Positions 26,379-39,205 of a stretch of DNA of 64,000 bases are shown one piece after another (the stretch's first letter is position 1; every line of letters starts with the position of its first letter). The notes beneath the pieces are model-generated. The model was not told the origin of the DNA. It made no database searches and saw only the letters and a program-made list of their open reading frames with translations. The position numbers and the translations under genes were made by a program. The stretch spans positions 103,232,001-103,296,000 of the forward strand of contig NC_087437.1 of assembly GCF_036321535.1 (NCBI RefSeq), given 5' to 3'. The DNA is from Camelus dromedarius. Lineage: Eukaryota.

Positions 26379-27159
26379 GGGGGGATTTCGTGAAATATTA
26401 ATTTCTGAAAGTCTATTTCTGAGTTTTTTTTATTTAGAGATGGAGAGCTGAATAAAAAGTAAGGGGAAAAAAGCTTGAATTTTTGGTGAGATAACTTTCC
26501 AAAGTGCCTCAATGTTACAGATGTAATTTATGCCTTAGATGGCTTTGCTTTGGCTCAGAAGTTTCCATTCTCCATTTATGCTAACTCTTTTCTTGTGTTA
26601 ATTATTTTCCTCTTTTCTTTCACACGAGGAAAAAAGTCACATGCTCAGATTTAGTAGTAATAAGAAACAAATCTTTTGAGATTTTGCTTTAATTAAAAAG
26701 GTCTATGTCTTTTCTTTCTACCTGCAGTGAAATTCTATTACCAGAGATGCTGATGGACAGAGACATGGCATGTGTGCATTTGAGGCTGTGTGCACAGACC
26801 CATAGTCATTTAGTAGTGCTGTATTACTCGGGAAGCTCTATAAATTCTAATAGTTCCCAGCACAATTAGGTATCATATAGGGAGAGTCAAGATTTTAAAT
26901 ACATATGTTTTCTAAAAAGCAGGGACATTTTTGGAAAGAAAACCTGTGACTCTCTTTTTTATTTTTCCCCCAAACAACTTTATTATTAGTAGCTGTCTAT
27001 AGTCCTTTTTCAAAGGATTCATGACTCAAAGGAATTTCAGAAGCCATTTGTTTCAATGTCCACTTAATACTGGGGTCACAGCCTACACCTACAATGAGAC
27101 AATAAACAGGGAATCAGCCCCTCGTAATATGTGACATTGTCAGTGATACCAGGAATGTT

Positions 27160-27308
27160 CTGTGCTGTTCGATACAAGAAACACTCGCCATGTGTGACTA
27201 TTAAACACGTGACTTTTACAGTTAAGTAAAAGTTAAATTTTGTCATTTTAATTAATTCAAATTAAAATTGCTACAGGAAGCTAGTTGCTACTCTATCGTT
27301 CAGTGCAG
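27160..27308. mobile_element. MER3/MER33-like hAT DNA transposon fossil
   Basis: ctgtgctgttcgata...gctagttgctactctatcgttcagtgcag with degenerate terminal inverted repeats. Confidence 0.65.
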
Positions 27309-27419
27309 TATGCAATGTTGCTTTTAAAATATACTTGCTCTATAAGGTGACCTTTCTCATTGTTATTTAATAATTCCAGGAAAAGGTACTAAGTTACTTT
27401 TTATATTTTTGTCAAGACA

Positions 27420-27795
27420 GAGAGATTAGGTTGTTGGCTTAACCAGTATACTCTGAAGTTCCTGTGGCTTAACCAAGCAAGTGTTCACTGTCTCATTCTA
27501 AGTCCAGTGCTGCTGGGTGGATGTCCACAGCAGCCTCAGTGTTGGAGACCACTTTGATCTTACAGCTCTGCTGAGTCATCTTATGGCCACAATAGACACA
27601 GCACAGGTGAAAGAAAATGTGGACAACTCACAAGGGCTCCTAACTGACTTTCGCCAGAAGTGATACGTGCTCCCTTGGCTCGCGGTCCGTAAGTCAGGAT
27701 AGTCACACGGCCCCAGGAAACTCTAGGATAGCTTGGGAGTCTTCCCAGAACCCAGAAGCAGAGAGAGCAGATATGGTGAGCAGAAGTAGTCATTA
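27420..27795 (-). mobile_element. Old MLT1-type LTR
   Basis: ctgtggcttaaccaagcaagtgttcactgtctca...gtcacacggccccagg...gcttgggagtctt. Confidence 0.55.
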
Positions 27796-27799
27796 CTGC

Positions 27800-27990
27800 T
27801 CAGTATTTCAGCTGTGTGATCACAGGTACATCAGTGAGGCTCTCCAAGTTCCAGTCTCCCCAGTCTCTTAAAACAGAGGTATGAGAGCTGATCTTATGGA
27901 AGTACTGCCTGGACTAAACAGAATTATTTTAGAAATTGTATAGCACTGAATCTGGGTCATACTAAATGCTCAATAAAGGTCAGTTCATTA
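27800..27990 (+). mobile_element. MIR SINE
   Basis: agctgtgtgatcacaggtacatca...cagtctccccagtct...taaatgctcaataaagg. Confidence 0.65.
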
Positions 27991-28062
27991 CATGTTTTAG
28001 GTCATTGATCATTTTTCATTTAACACAGGATTTTTCTTTTATTTAAACAAGTCTGGATTCAA

Positions 28063-28160
28063 TTTTTTTTTTTTTTTCCTTAATGGAGGCACTGAGGATT
28101 GAACCCAGGACCTGGCTCATGCTAAGCATGTGCATTCCCACTGAGTTTTGCCCCTCTAGC
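28063..28160 (-). mobile_element. tRNA-derived SINE resembling camelid vic-1
   Basis: Minus strand reads ...ctcagtgggaatgcacatgcttagcatgagccaggtcctgggttcaatcctcagtgcctccatta plus poly(A); A-box/B-box (GGTTCAATCC) present. Confidence 0.8.
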
Positions 28161-29105
28161 CTCCATGTTGTTCATTTTTGATGCTGAGTTTTCTCCTTTG
28201 GCAATTTCTTTTAAATGCATGTTTTATCCACTTTCAATTTCACTTGGTACTGTGTTTGCAATTTTTTCCTCATAGGATTTGAAGATTATTCAGTGAAAAA
28301 AATAAAGGAAAAATGAAATATGGTAAGTCTCAGGATATCTGTTAACAAAAAGCGTTTATTATCTAGTTATGGTACATACTCACTAACTGAATTAATCTAG
28401 ACACGCATATGAAAATTGAAAAATACAAAAGTGCAATCACTGAGTAAAAAAATTTTCCTCTTTACTCTCTTTCAGTAGTAAAAGTTTCATAAATCTCAAA
28501 CAATATTCAAAATAGAACCACTCAGTATTTTCAGGCATGGAGTGGGCAATTTTAGGGGAGGGGGAGATAAAATGGGGGTTTAACCATGTATAATGAATAC
28601 TTGAGTAAATATTAAAATGAAAAGATGTTTATATAGCTAGAGGGCAAGTTCCAGCTGCTCCCAGGCAGATTTAAATTATGCATTCTTCTTTTGGAAGGTA
28701 TGTGACCTTTAAATGTGCATTATGTTGGAAATAGCTTCTTTTCATGATTGTGGTAGGAAAATGCCATGTAGGGTTTTATTTAACTGTGTATAATCAGATT
28801 GAAACTAGTATTCTATATAATAAGGCTGCTTGATTAGTGGCCTTCATTTTAGTAATGGTTTAACTGCCAGCTGCTTATATTAGAAAGAGAAGTTCATCTT
28901 AGTTCTTAAGACCACTACTGCTTCACCAGTGTTAGTCTCACTAAGGGATCCCGGGAGCTGAGAAGAGCTTTTTTTGTCCCATTATGATGAGGATAGCCAG
29001 TGCCTTCTGATGAGTATTTGAGTGCAGTAACACATGTGGAGTCACCCAGACATCTTCCCTTTCCACCTGCCCGTCCAATGCTCCTTATACATGCTGTTCT
29101 CTTGC

Positions 29106-29139
29106 ACACACACACACACACACACACACATGCACACAC
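29106..29139. repeat. (CA)n microsatellite
   Basis: Direct sequence. Confidence 0.95.
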
Positions 29140-30743
29140 CCCTGTTCTGGTTCCTTTCTGTACGAATATATTTAACTTTTTTTTTTTTTTTTTCTGATGT
29201 GGTCCCTAGGATGCAGGCAGTGGCAATCCTGGTTTGGACATGGATGTGTTCCAAAAGGGCCTATGTTATTATGACATGATTTCAGCCCCTGTTCTTTTAT
29301 TCAGAAATAGTTTGAGGCTGAAACAGCACAAAGAATAAGCAAAGTCTAATGAAGACAGATATCTTTCAATTGAAGTATTCCATCTTTAGCAATCCCATTG
29401 CCCATAAGCTGCCTTCTATCCCCAGGTTTCCTATCGAACACTTACTAGCTTTTTTCATACCCAAACTGGGAAAGAAATAAACATTAAAAATGATAAATAT
29501 GACTCTACTTATCTGATGCAAATTTTACAATGTCTCATCTACTAAGTTTTATATCCCTTTAAATATAAGTATTCTTTTTCTGAAGCAGTATTTTCCCAGC
29601 TTATAATTAGAAATGGGAATTCACAAAACTTAGTCAATGTAATTTTAATATAAAAGACTTAATTTTTATTTAGGGAAATTGAACCTCCTAGGTACCACTT
29701 TATTTTGTGTGTTTGCACTTGTCTGTACATGTGTTTTATTAATGTGTCAGCCCTCTTCAATCACCTTGTTATGCTCAACCTTTCAACTGAAGCCCTGGGC
29801 ACCAGAGACAATCATTAATAAGAATTAGCTTCTATTCCAAGTCCTTGTAAAATCTTTTGTTATGTCTCTAATTCTCTTGCTATGACTTCTGAAACTTATT
29901 AGGATATGTTTTTGTGTCTACCTCAAAATTAGTATTAAGTGTGAAATTATGTACAACCCAAGGATTCTCTCATGTGCTTCTTTTCCAGGTGGTAAGATTT
30001 TCATATTGAGCTATATTCTCTAAAACCAAATTTCCTGTTGGTAAAAGCAAGGAAAACTAAACAAATATACCATAGAGTAAGTGATGCTTTTGTAAGAAGG
30101 GCACTGATAGTACCCAATGAAACATTTTAACAAATTGCACCTTTCAAACCAGTCTATTGCGACATCAGTTTCTAGACAAAATTACTCATTAGCATTTAAT
30201 CAAGACCATCCTTGGCCTTGCATATGCCTCCAGCAACTGTCAAGATACTGTATTTAAATGATGACTAAAGTGACAATGGGCACATAGGTGCTTCATAGTC
30301 TAAAGTGTCAGATTTAGAATGGAGTGTAAGCCATTAGTCTCAGACTGTATATATGTAAGGGTAACATTTCTCTGTCAAATTCCTTCACAATTTTAACCAT
30401 GATTTCATAGTGAGAAATATATGGGACATGTATTTAAAAAAAGAAATATTAAATCCATATTATGCAAAGAATGCATAAAAGTAAGGTATAATTGTTCATA
30501 GTGATATGTATACCTTTAGCTCTATATGTTTCATAATTATTAGTAAAAACACAATATTTATAGATAACAAATGCTACTGAGTATAAATATCTTCTGTTCT
30601 TAAGGTCTCATTAAATATCAGAATTTCTAAAGTTTCATGGAGATAAAACGATTTATACTAGATACATTTTCAATATATTTATATATATATATATAAATGT
30701 GATATACTTATGTATTTCTACTTTATTGAACAAATACAAAAGG

Positions 30744-31240
30744 TGTGTCAAGCAAAGGTTATTTGCAGATGACAAAAAATCGTATTATGTACCTCAAGCA
30801 GAAAGTATTTAATATAAGGAATTTGGTAACCAGAAAAATTTTGGAAGGTCTAGAAAGCAGGCTTTAGGTTGTGCCACTGATCGACTCCAGGACTGCAAAT
30901 GAATTCAGCATAGCAACTTTTGCCTGTCGACCTCAGGCACACACTCCCTTGCTATGATCCAAGCATTCCGAAGCAAGGACCAGAACTAAGGGCTTCAGAG
31001 CAAATATCTCTATGCCACAATCCTCAACAACAAAACGAAGGCTTGAGCACACAGCCTACCTTGCCCCTCCGACTCACATTTGAAGGTGATCTGTAGAACC
31101 CAAGTTCCAAGAGAATACAGGAAATTTAGGCTTTGTTGGTTTTGCTGTATTTTGAACTTTCCAGCTTCTGCAGCCAAGTAAGGCACATTAGAAGAGTGTG
31201 GGCTTCTCCTCTTGTTGAGCCAATCTTACATGTCTTTCAC
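30744..31240 (-). mobile_element. Old ERVL-type LTR
   Basis: tgtgtcaagcaaaggtt...aagcagaaagtatttaatataaggaatttgg...tgagccaatc...ttcaca. Confidence 0.5.
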
Positions 31241-32009
31241 AGGATTCTGACCCGATATTTGGAAATTTTGAGAAAAATAGGAATTAAAAGAGATCAGACT
31301 GTTAGATCAACTGTGACACAAAACAGTGAAAGAAAAAGTAATTTCTTTCTCAGTAGAACTAACACCCATGTCAATTCAGAGTAAACACTAAAAAGCAGGA
31401 GTGTGATGTGGGAAAATAATAAAAGCAATGAATTAAAAATTGAATTGACTGTTCTGATTTGTGTCACCTTCTCCTAACTCATAAAATGAAGCTGGCTCTG
31501 TTTTAAATACATCTGGAATATTTTCCTCTTAGTGACATAGATAGAGGTTTAAAGTTTGCCTTTCCTTTACTATGGATCTAATCTTACAGTTTGATCTTAA
31601 AATAATAAATATTTACATAATCCTAGTATTCTAGTACCAGTGATATGTTTTAATGTTGGAAACAATCTATAGATGAGAACAGACTCTTAATTATAGTTTT
31701 ATAGTTTTAGAACAGGATATAAATACTTTACTCTTTGAGAACATAGAGTATAAGAATTGGAAATATAAAAATAGAAAAAAAGACTCAGGTGCTAATTTAA
31801 TCATCTTTTATAGGGGGGTGTTAGTGCATCCTGACCAAAGGTTATATATTAACCTTTAAGAAATGGATGAATAGTCATAAAACTATCCACCAGAGTTAAT
31901 AAAAACCAGTGCCATTAACATAAGTCACTTCCATGAATTAAGATTAAAGATAGAATGAAAGAAGAAATACTTTTAATTTTCATGTATATGTTATGCATTA
32001 TTTATAAAC

Positions 32010-33185
32010 TATGATAATCCTAAATCCTCTTGTTGCCACTGACCTCTCAATTATTTCATATTTTTTCACCAAAAGTTTGAGACCTGGCTTTCCTGTTTGT
32101 ACTGACCTTATCCATAAAGTAGAGCAGCACGGCTCTTTCAACATTCTCTGGATCTTATACTTACTTGTTCATTGCTGTTTTTGTCCACTCATTTATGCTG
32201 GGTGACTATATCCACTGTTTTACATTGGCAACTGCCTATAGGTAAGGGGGATCCCTAAGTCTCTTTGTCTAGCTCAGTAGTATCCCTCTGCTTCAGATTC
32301 AGACACAGAACTCCCTGCTAATCATTTCTACCTGGGTAACCCCCAGGCATCTCCAACTCATCATATCCAATATTGGGTCTCTCAGCTGTTGGAATGATCG
32401 GTGGCCTAGTAAAATACATGGCCTCAGTTGATATTTCTTCCACAGTACAAAGCCTTTATCAAATCTTTTTGAATTTTTTTCATGTAGACATTTAATCTTT
32501 TCTCCTCTACACCCCTCTATTCACTGTGTTATTTTAGGCTTTCACGTTTCCTGGTCTAGATCCCTACAGTAGTGCCCCCTCCCTCTTCCCTACTTTTAAA
32601 CTTCCCTGGCCCACAGCTATCTGCCACGTGGCCACCAGAGAGACCTATCTAAAAATCAAACCTGACTATGTTTCCTTTCTGCTGTAGAGCATTCAGTGGC
32701 TCTTTTTCACCTAGAATATATGGGTTAAAAGCCATAATGTAAAGACTTTGTGATCCTCCACATTACCTGTATTTTCAGGCATATTTTAAACTCCCTCCAT
32801 TGTACTTTCCATTTTTACTATACCAGATAATTATCCATATCTTACCTATATCCAGATGCCAAAATGGTTCTGCTCTGCATGCCTTGTTTGCTCTCTCACT
32901 GTTTCTTTGCTCCTAACCTGCTCTAAAGAGATCTCCATGACTGGTTCTTCCCTGTGCTTGATAACATAAACTTTTTAAATATTCACATCCACAAATTACC
33001 CTGTATGCTTTGTACTCATTGAACTTTCCAGATTGTCTTAGAATAATCTCTTTTGTAGACCTGTTTTCCAAATGTATTGCTAGATTCTTGGGGCCAGCAT
33101 CTGTGTCTTAATTATTTCTTATTCTGTAAGCACATCAAATCAACATTTGCCAAATAATGTAATTAGTGAACAAATGACCCATTAG
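32010..33185 (+). mobile_element. L2 LINE 3' portion
   Basis: atttctacctgggtaacccccaggcatctccaactcatcatatcc...ccaccagagagacctatctaaaaatcaaacctgac...gtgaacaaatga. Confidence 0.8.
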
Positions 33186-35012
33186 TGATTCCTTTATCAG
33201 TGGGTATAGCATACCTCTTACATGTCAGAAGAGCTGTTCTTAAACTACCAGTATGGCTAAGCAATTAAATGACCATTAAAAAAATTGTAACTAAGTGTAT
33301 TCCAAAGAAATAACTTCCTAAAAAATTGAAAATGTTAATTGGGATATTTAAAGCAGAGGTAGATAAACGTGAAACTTTTTTCTCATTTTGTGTGTTGCTC
33401 CAGCTCTAAGAAAGATGTTTCTTTGAGCAGGTGCCTCCAGGTGTCAGCCTGCAGGAAGTCATTTAAAACTGGGGCACACCAGGGTAGTTTCCATGGAAGC
33501 AGAAATTAACCCCCAGGAACCTCATATGTTTTAAGAACCTTCAGGAGCACATCTGGTGCAGCCTCCATCAGACAACAATGGAGGCAAATTCTTATTACAA
33601 AATATAAGTAGAAGAAAGAGCAATCCCCTTTATAATCATTTCCTGTGCTTCTATAAATCTTCATTTTAGTGATTTATGCTTTATATGAATATTCAGAGTA
33701 AATAGCCACGGTTTAATTTGATTTTTAAAGTGTTCTTTTCCCAAAGAAATTATCTTAATTTAAACTGTAACTGCTAATAATAGATATTTATGATCGATAA
33801 ACACTCTCGGTCAAATACTTTATCCAAGCTTTTGTTTTTTGCACAAGTTTGTCTTTTTTTTAACATTTGTAAATGTCTTTAGCCATATTTTCTCAGGAAA
33901 GGTTTTAATAGATCGGAAGAAGATTAGAAAAAAAATTGTAAACTTGTCATGAAGAAAAATACTGTGGTCTAATAATTCTCATTGTTAGCAACAATTCTTA
34001 AGGACTGCATTGGATTATTTAACATCTTGTGCTAGGCACTCTTGTAAATCTGCAACTAGTTAAGTTCCTTTTCCAGGTTTTTATTTCTGTGACTTTCACT
34101 GGAATAATATTGGAGACTGAACCTCTATAACATGAAAACATGATTTTGCTTAATAACTGGCTCCAGAGCAAAAACTGCCTCTTGCTTTCCCACATCTATT
34201 TGAAAATTGACTTTGAGAAGTATAATGATCAAGAATTTGAGCAGAATCATGTCCTTTCACTTGTATTGTAAATGTCAATTTTATATTATAGAATAAAATT
34301 ACATTAAAATATTTTTCTAGCTATATTCATTGAAAAGTTTTAGGAGTAATTTTTAACCCCATGAATTATCCAAACATCCAGATTCTTGTTCTTTGACACT
34401 ATATTTCCATTAAATGGAATCATGGTCCTTGGAGAAATAAATTCATCATGTTTGGAGCTTAAATGTACAAAGTAAGCTTAAAATGCATTTCTGTGTCAGG
34501 AAGCAAGACAACTTTCAAGTTTAATTGGTTCATATCAAATACCTGGAGACTAAACTAACAGTCAATCATAACAGCCAAGAGGAGAGAATTTTGGATGAAA
34601 AGACTATTGACTGAATTTGTCTAACTTACAGTGGCCATGAAAAAAATCATTGACCCATAAGGAAAAACACAAAAGAAACTATTAGCCAACATGTTCATGA
34701 AGATGAAGATACTAGCATGCATTCTGCTGAGTCTTGCTAATCAGTTAATTTGTTATCACTAATTCATTATACCCCCAAAGAACACAAAAATTAGTAAATG
34801 TAAATAAAACAGAAAGCATTGTCTAACACTACTGATTTGGAATGACTCTTGACTATCATCTTGGACCATAAAAAAAGACATGCATGATATCCTCAGATCA
34901 AATGGATATAATTTTAAGTAACTTTAAGAATTCAGTGATCCTAAGATTATAGAAGAATAGTGAAATTTAATCAAGTTCAGAGCATTTATATTTGCATTTT
35001 TTTAGGGGCCAG

Positions 35013-37235
35013 AACTTCCGGAATGACAGAATGGCCATGTGAGGAGCTCAGTGAACACTCTTTCAGCAGAATGGCCATTTAACAGGTGAAAATCCTAAAC
35101 AACAATTTGAAGTCTCTGGAAATGTAACTAAGGGCATATATCAAGTGGAGAAACAATTATTCAAGACAATCTACTGTAGTAAAAACAGCCAGTATCTGTA
35201 CAGTCTCACCACAACCTGTCCCCTCTACACCAAGCTTAGTGTGATGGAGGTTGTGCCCCATGCTTGTATAGGTGAGAAGATGGGGCCCTTTCTCCATGTA
35301 GCTCTCAGTCTTAGGGCTACAGTGTCACCCTGGGAGGGACAGCACACCAGAAACTCTTATGCTATGTAGCTCTGTTGCAGAAGCTCTATGACAGCAAATG
35401 CAGTTAAGAGAACCAGGGTTCACTTCCCAAACAGTGCCCACAAAAACAGGGCAGTCCAACAATGTTGGACTCCAATCACCCTGACACAGCTCCCACTTAG
35501 GGTGATGGCTTCAAGACACACTGGTTTCCTCTTAAGATAAGGCACAAGACAAGGATGTCTGCTCTCACGACTTTTATTCAACATTGTACTGGTACTTCTC
35601 CTCAAGGAAATTAGGTAAGATAATGAAATAAAAGGCACTCAAATTGGAAAGAAAGAATCAAAGCTATTTCTACTTGCATATGACATGACAGGATATATTC
35701 TAAGCAATACACACAAGTAATCACACAGACATCTAAACAGATGCACACAAATTAAAACTAATAAATAATTGTGGTTATATAAAAAAAATCAATGTACAGT
35801 ATCAATTGTATTTCTATGGACTAGCAATAAAAATTAAAAAATAAATTAGGACAAGAGTATCATTTACAATAGCTTGAAGAATAAACTACTTAGAAAAACA
35901 TTTAACAAAACAGGCCCAAGACTTGTATGCTGAAAACTATGAATCATTATTGAAAGAAATTATAGGACCATCTAAATAAGTAGAAACACATCCTGTGCTT
36001 TGGATCAGAAAACAATATTAACATGGCAGTATTCCCCAAATTTATGTACAGATTCAACACAATCCATATCAAAGTCCTAGGTTTCTTTTTGTTTCATGAC
36101 AAATTGGTTCTAAAATTCACATGGTTATGTAAGTGTTGTGGAGTGAATTGCATTCTCCCTAAATTCATATGCCAAAGTCTTAGCCTCAGTAACTCAGACT
36201 GTGACTGTATTTAGAGTTAAGGTCTTTAAAGTGGTAATTAAATTAAAATAAAGTCATTATGATAGACCCTAAATCAATATGAATGGAGTCTATATGAGAT
36301 GAGAAAATTTGGACACAGACAGACATCGAGAGAAGACTGTGTGAAGACACAGGGAGAAGATGGCCATTTGCAAGTCAATGAGAAAGTGCTTAGAAGAAAT
36401 TAAACTTGCTGACATCTTGATCTTTTACTCTAGCATCCGGAATCATGAGAAAATAGAATTTCTGTTGTTTAAATCATCCAGCCCATGGTGCCTTATTATG
36501 AAAGCCCTAGCAAACTAATACAACAAAGGACATAAAAGAGCCAAAACTACCTTAATAAAAAATGTGGAAACTCACACTTCCAGATTTCAGAACTTGCTAC
36601 AAAGCTACAGCAGCCAAGATAGTGTGAACTACTATAGACTAGACACGTAGATCAATGAAGTAGACTTGGGATTAGAGAAATAAGCCCTTTTATTTGTAGT
36701 CAATTTATTTTTGACAAGGGTGCCAAACTCAATTCAACAGGAAAATAATAGTTTTTTCAAAAAATGATGTTTACACTACTGGATATACACATGGAAAATA
36801 ATAATACGGAAGTCCTTTAATACACCAATCTTCAAAATTAACTAAAATGTATTTTAGAATTAAATATAATAGCTTAAAATTACAGCTCTCTTAGGAAAAA
36901 AACTTCATAAATGTTCATGACTTTGCATTAAGCAATGGTTTCTTAGATATGACACTGAAAGGACAAAGTGACCAAAAAAGGAAAAAGAAAAAGATAATTT
37001 GTACTCCACCATAGTTATAAATTTCTGTGCTACAAATGATACTATTAAGGAATTGAAAAGGCAACCCACAAAACAGGAGTATTCATATATCTGATAAGGA
37101 ATATGTATCCAGAATTATAAAGAACACTTATAACTCAGTAGTAGAAATACAAAGAATCTAATTCAAAATGGACAAAAAAATCTGAATAGAAATTTCTCTA
37201 AAGAAGGCATACAAATAGCCAATAAGTGCACACGT

Positions 37236-37266
<31 letters not shown>

Positions 37267-38067
37267 TGCAAATAAACCACTCACTCAAAATTATTAGTCA
37301 ATAGGGCAATGTAAATCAGAACCTCTTTGAGACGGTGTTTTATCTCTTTTAAGATGTTTGTAATCAAAGACAGAAAATAACAGATGTTGGTGAATATGTG
37401 GAGACATTGTTGCCCTCATACATTCTTTGTGGGAATGTATAAAAGCTTTGAAAATCAAAAGGTTTTAGGAAACATTATGGAAGTTCCTCAAATGGTTAAA
37501 CATGCCATTTGACCCCACAATTCCTCTCCCAAGTAAATCCAAGAGACATGTCCACACAAAAACTTGTACATGAATGTTTATAGTAGCACTATGCATAATG
37601 GCCAGAAATTTGAAACAACCCAAATGTCTATCAATTCATAAATGCATAAATAAAAAGTGACAGAGCTGTATAAGGGTAACATTTATCAATAAAAAGAAAT
37701 AAAGCACAGATAGAGGTTATGACCAGAATGAACCCTGAAAACACTATACTAAATGAAAGGATCCAGTCACAAAAGACCGCTTACTGTATGATAGAATTTA
37801 CCTGGAATGTTCAGAATAAAGAAATCTGTAGAGCCAAAAAGTAGATTGGGGATGTCCTAAGGCTAGGAGTTTGCAGGGGGTGGCAGGAACACAGGGAGCG
37901 ACTGCTAATGAGTATGAGGGTTCATGTTGGGGTGACAAATATTCTAAAATTATTCATGTTGTGATGATTGTACAATTCTGTGGCTATACTAAAAAAATTG
38001 AATTGTACCTTTAAATGGGTCAATTGTATGTTCTGTAAAATAAATCTAATTAAAATTGTTTTAAAAA
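35013..38067 (+). mobile_element. L1MB-type LINE: 5' UTR-like segment joined directly to ORF2 RT region, running to the 3' end
   Basis: 35013-35520 resembles an L1M 5' end (acttccggaatg...); from ~35521 degraded RT (ggcacaagacaaggatgtctgctctcacgacttttattcaacattgtactgg) through an L1MB-type 3' UTR. Confidence 0.75.
36134..36522 (+). mobile_element. MLT1B-like solo LTR nested in L1 ORF2
   Basis: tgttgtggagtgaattg...gtgaagacacagggagaagatggcc...gccctagcaaactaataca; L1 text continues on both sides. Confidence 0.85.
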
Positions 38068-38211
38068 GACACTCAGGGCCCCTTTCAGTGAAAAATTTTA
38101 GGGTTAAAAGAAAAAAAAACATTAAAATATTAACTTGGGATTTGCAGTCTTCTATTAGGAGAACCAGATGGAATAACCAGAATCAATGGAAGTGGTATAA
38201 TAATCTCTCCC

Positions 38212-38252
38212 TGTATTAGCCAGGTTGTCTAGAGAAACAGGACCAGCAGGAG

Positions 38253-38317
<65 letters not shown>

Positions 38318-38465
38318 GATATATGCATATATAACTTAGAAGAGATTTGTTATGAGGAATTGACTCACACAATTATGGAGGCTGAGAAATCCCATGCTCT
38401 GCTGTCTGCAAGCTGGAGATCCTGAAAGACACTATTGAAAGACAGTGTAATCCAGTCGAAATCCA
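38212..38465 (-). mobile_element. MLT2B-like ERVL LTR fragment containing a (TCTG)n(TCTA)n microsatellite (~38254-38316)
   Basis: tgtattagccaggttgtctagagaaacagg...gaggaattgactcacacaattatggaggctgagaaatccc. Confidence 0.85.
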
Positions 38466-39044
38466 AAGTTATTTCAGCCTAATCAAAATGTGCTGTAAAT
38501 GTGTGGATTTATACATACACAAAGGGAAGAATGGTGAGTAATATTTACATTCTTCCACAATCAGTAGAAGTTTATGTTGTTGAATTGAACAGTTTAAATT
38601 TCCTCTAACACATAGGCTATTTTTCTCCCTTGACGTTAAAGTCTCCTTTATTCTTTTGAATCAATAATGTGGATCTCCTTTTTGCACGTATTTGAGTCTC
38701 TCTTTTTAATGAATGTAAATTTTACAACATTGAAGTGCCTTGTTTTCAAAGAATATCCTTCAATATATTTTCAAACACGTATCTGACCTTATTTATTCTG
38801 CCTTCTCTGTTTTCAGTATGTATTTGTATATAAAATATCTTTAAAAAATCCATAAGTATTTGACTTCATTTCTTGATGCTTCTCATGTGGTCAAACTGTG
38901 TATACTTCAATCACTTTTTAAATATATATTATTGCCAGTCCTTTCAAGTTTACATATTTGTTAGTTAAAGTGCTTTTTCTGTGGATTCCAAAATTACTCA
39001 ACAAAGTAGGAAAGACTGAAGGTAGCTTGGCTTTTATCTATGTT

Positions 39045-39205
39045 TGTATATACAGATATAGATAGATATGTATGTATGTGTGTATGTGTGTGTGTGTGTG
39101 TGTATGGGTATATGCCAAAAACTACTTATAGTTTTTGGCAAAATCCTATACATATACAGTATGTAAATATCGTATATATGTGTATGTGTATATATATATA
39201 TATAT
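39045..39205. repeat. Compound (TG)n/(TA)n microsatellite region
   Basis: Direct sequence. Confidence 0.85.

Noticed and set aside
28081..28156. Possible tRNA gene
   Set aside because: Diverged arms and an attached poly(A) tail indicate a SINE, not a functional tRNA.
28915..29279. Four overlapping ORFs around 29 kb
   Set aside because: Produced by stop-free (CA)n and poly(T) tracts giving HT/CV/F runs.
33440..33580. Possible MER-type DNA transposon fragment (similar weak candidates at ~19590-19760, ~52400-52640, ~56440-56570)
   Set aside because: Too degraded to assign boundaries or family by eye.
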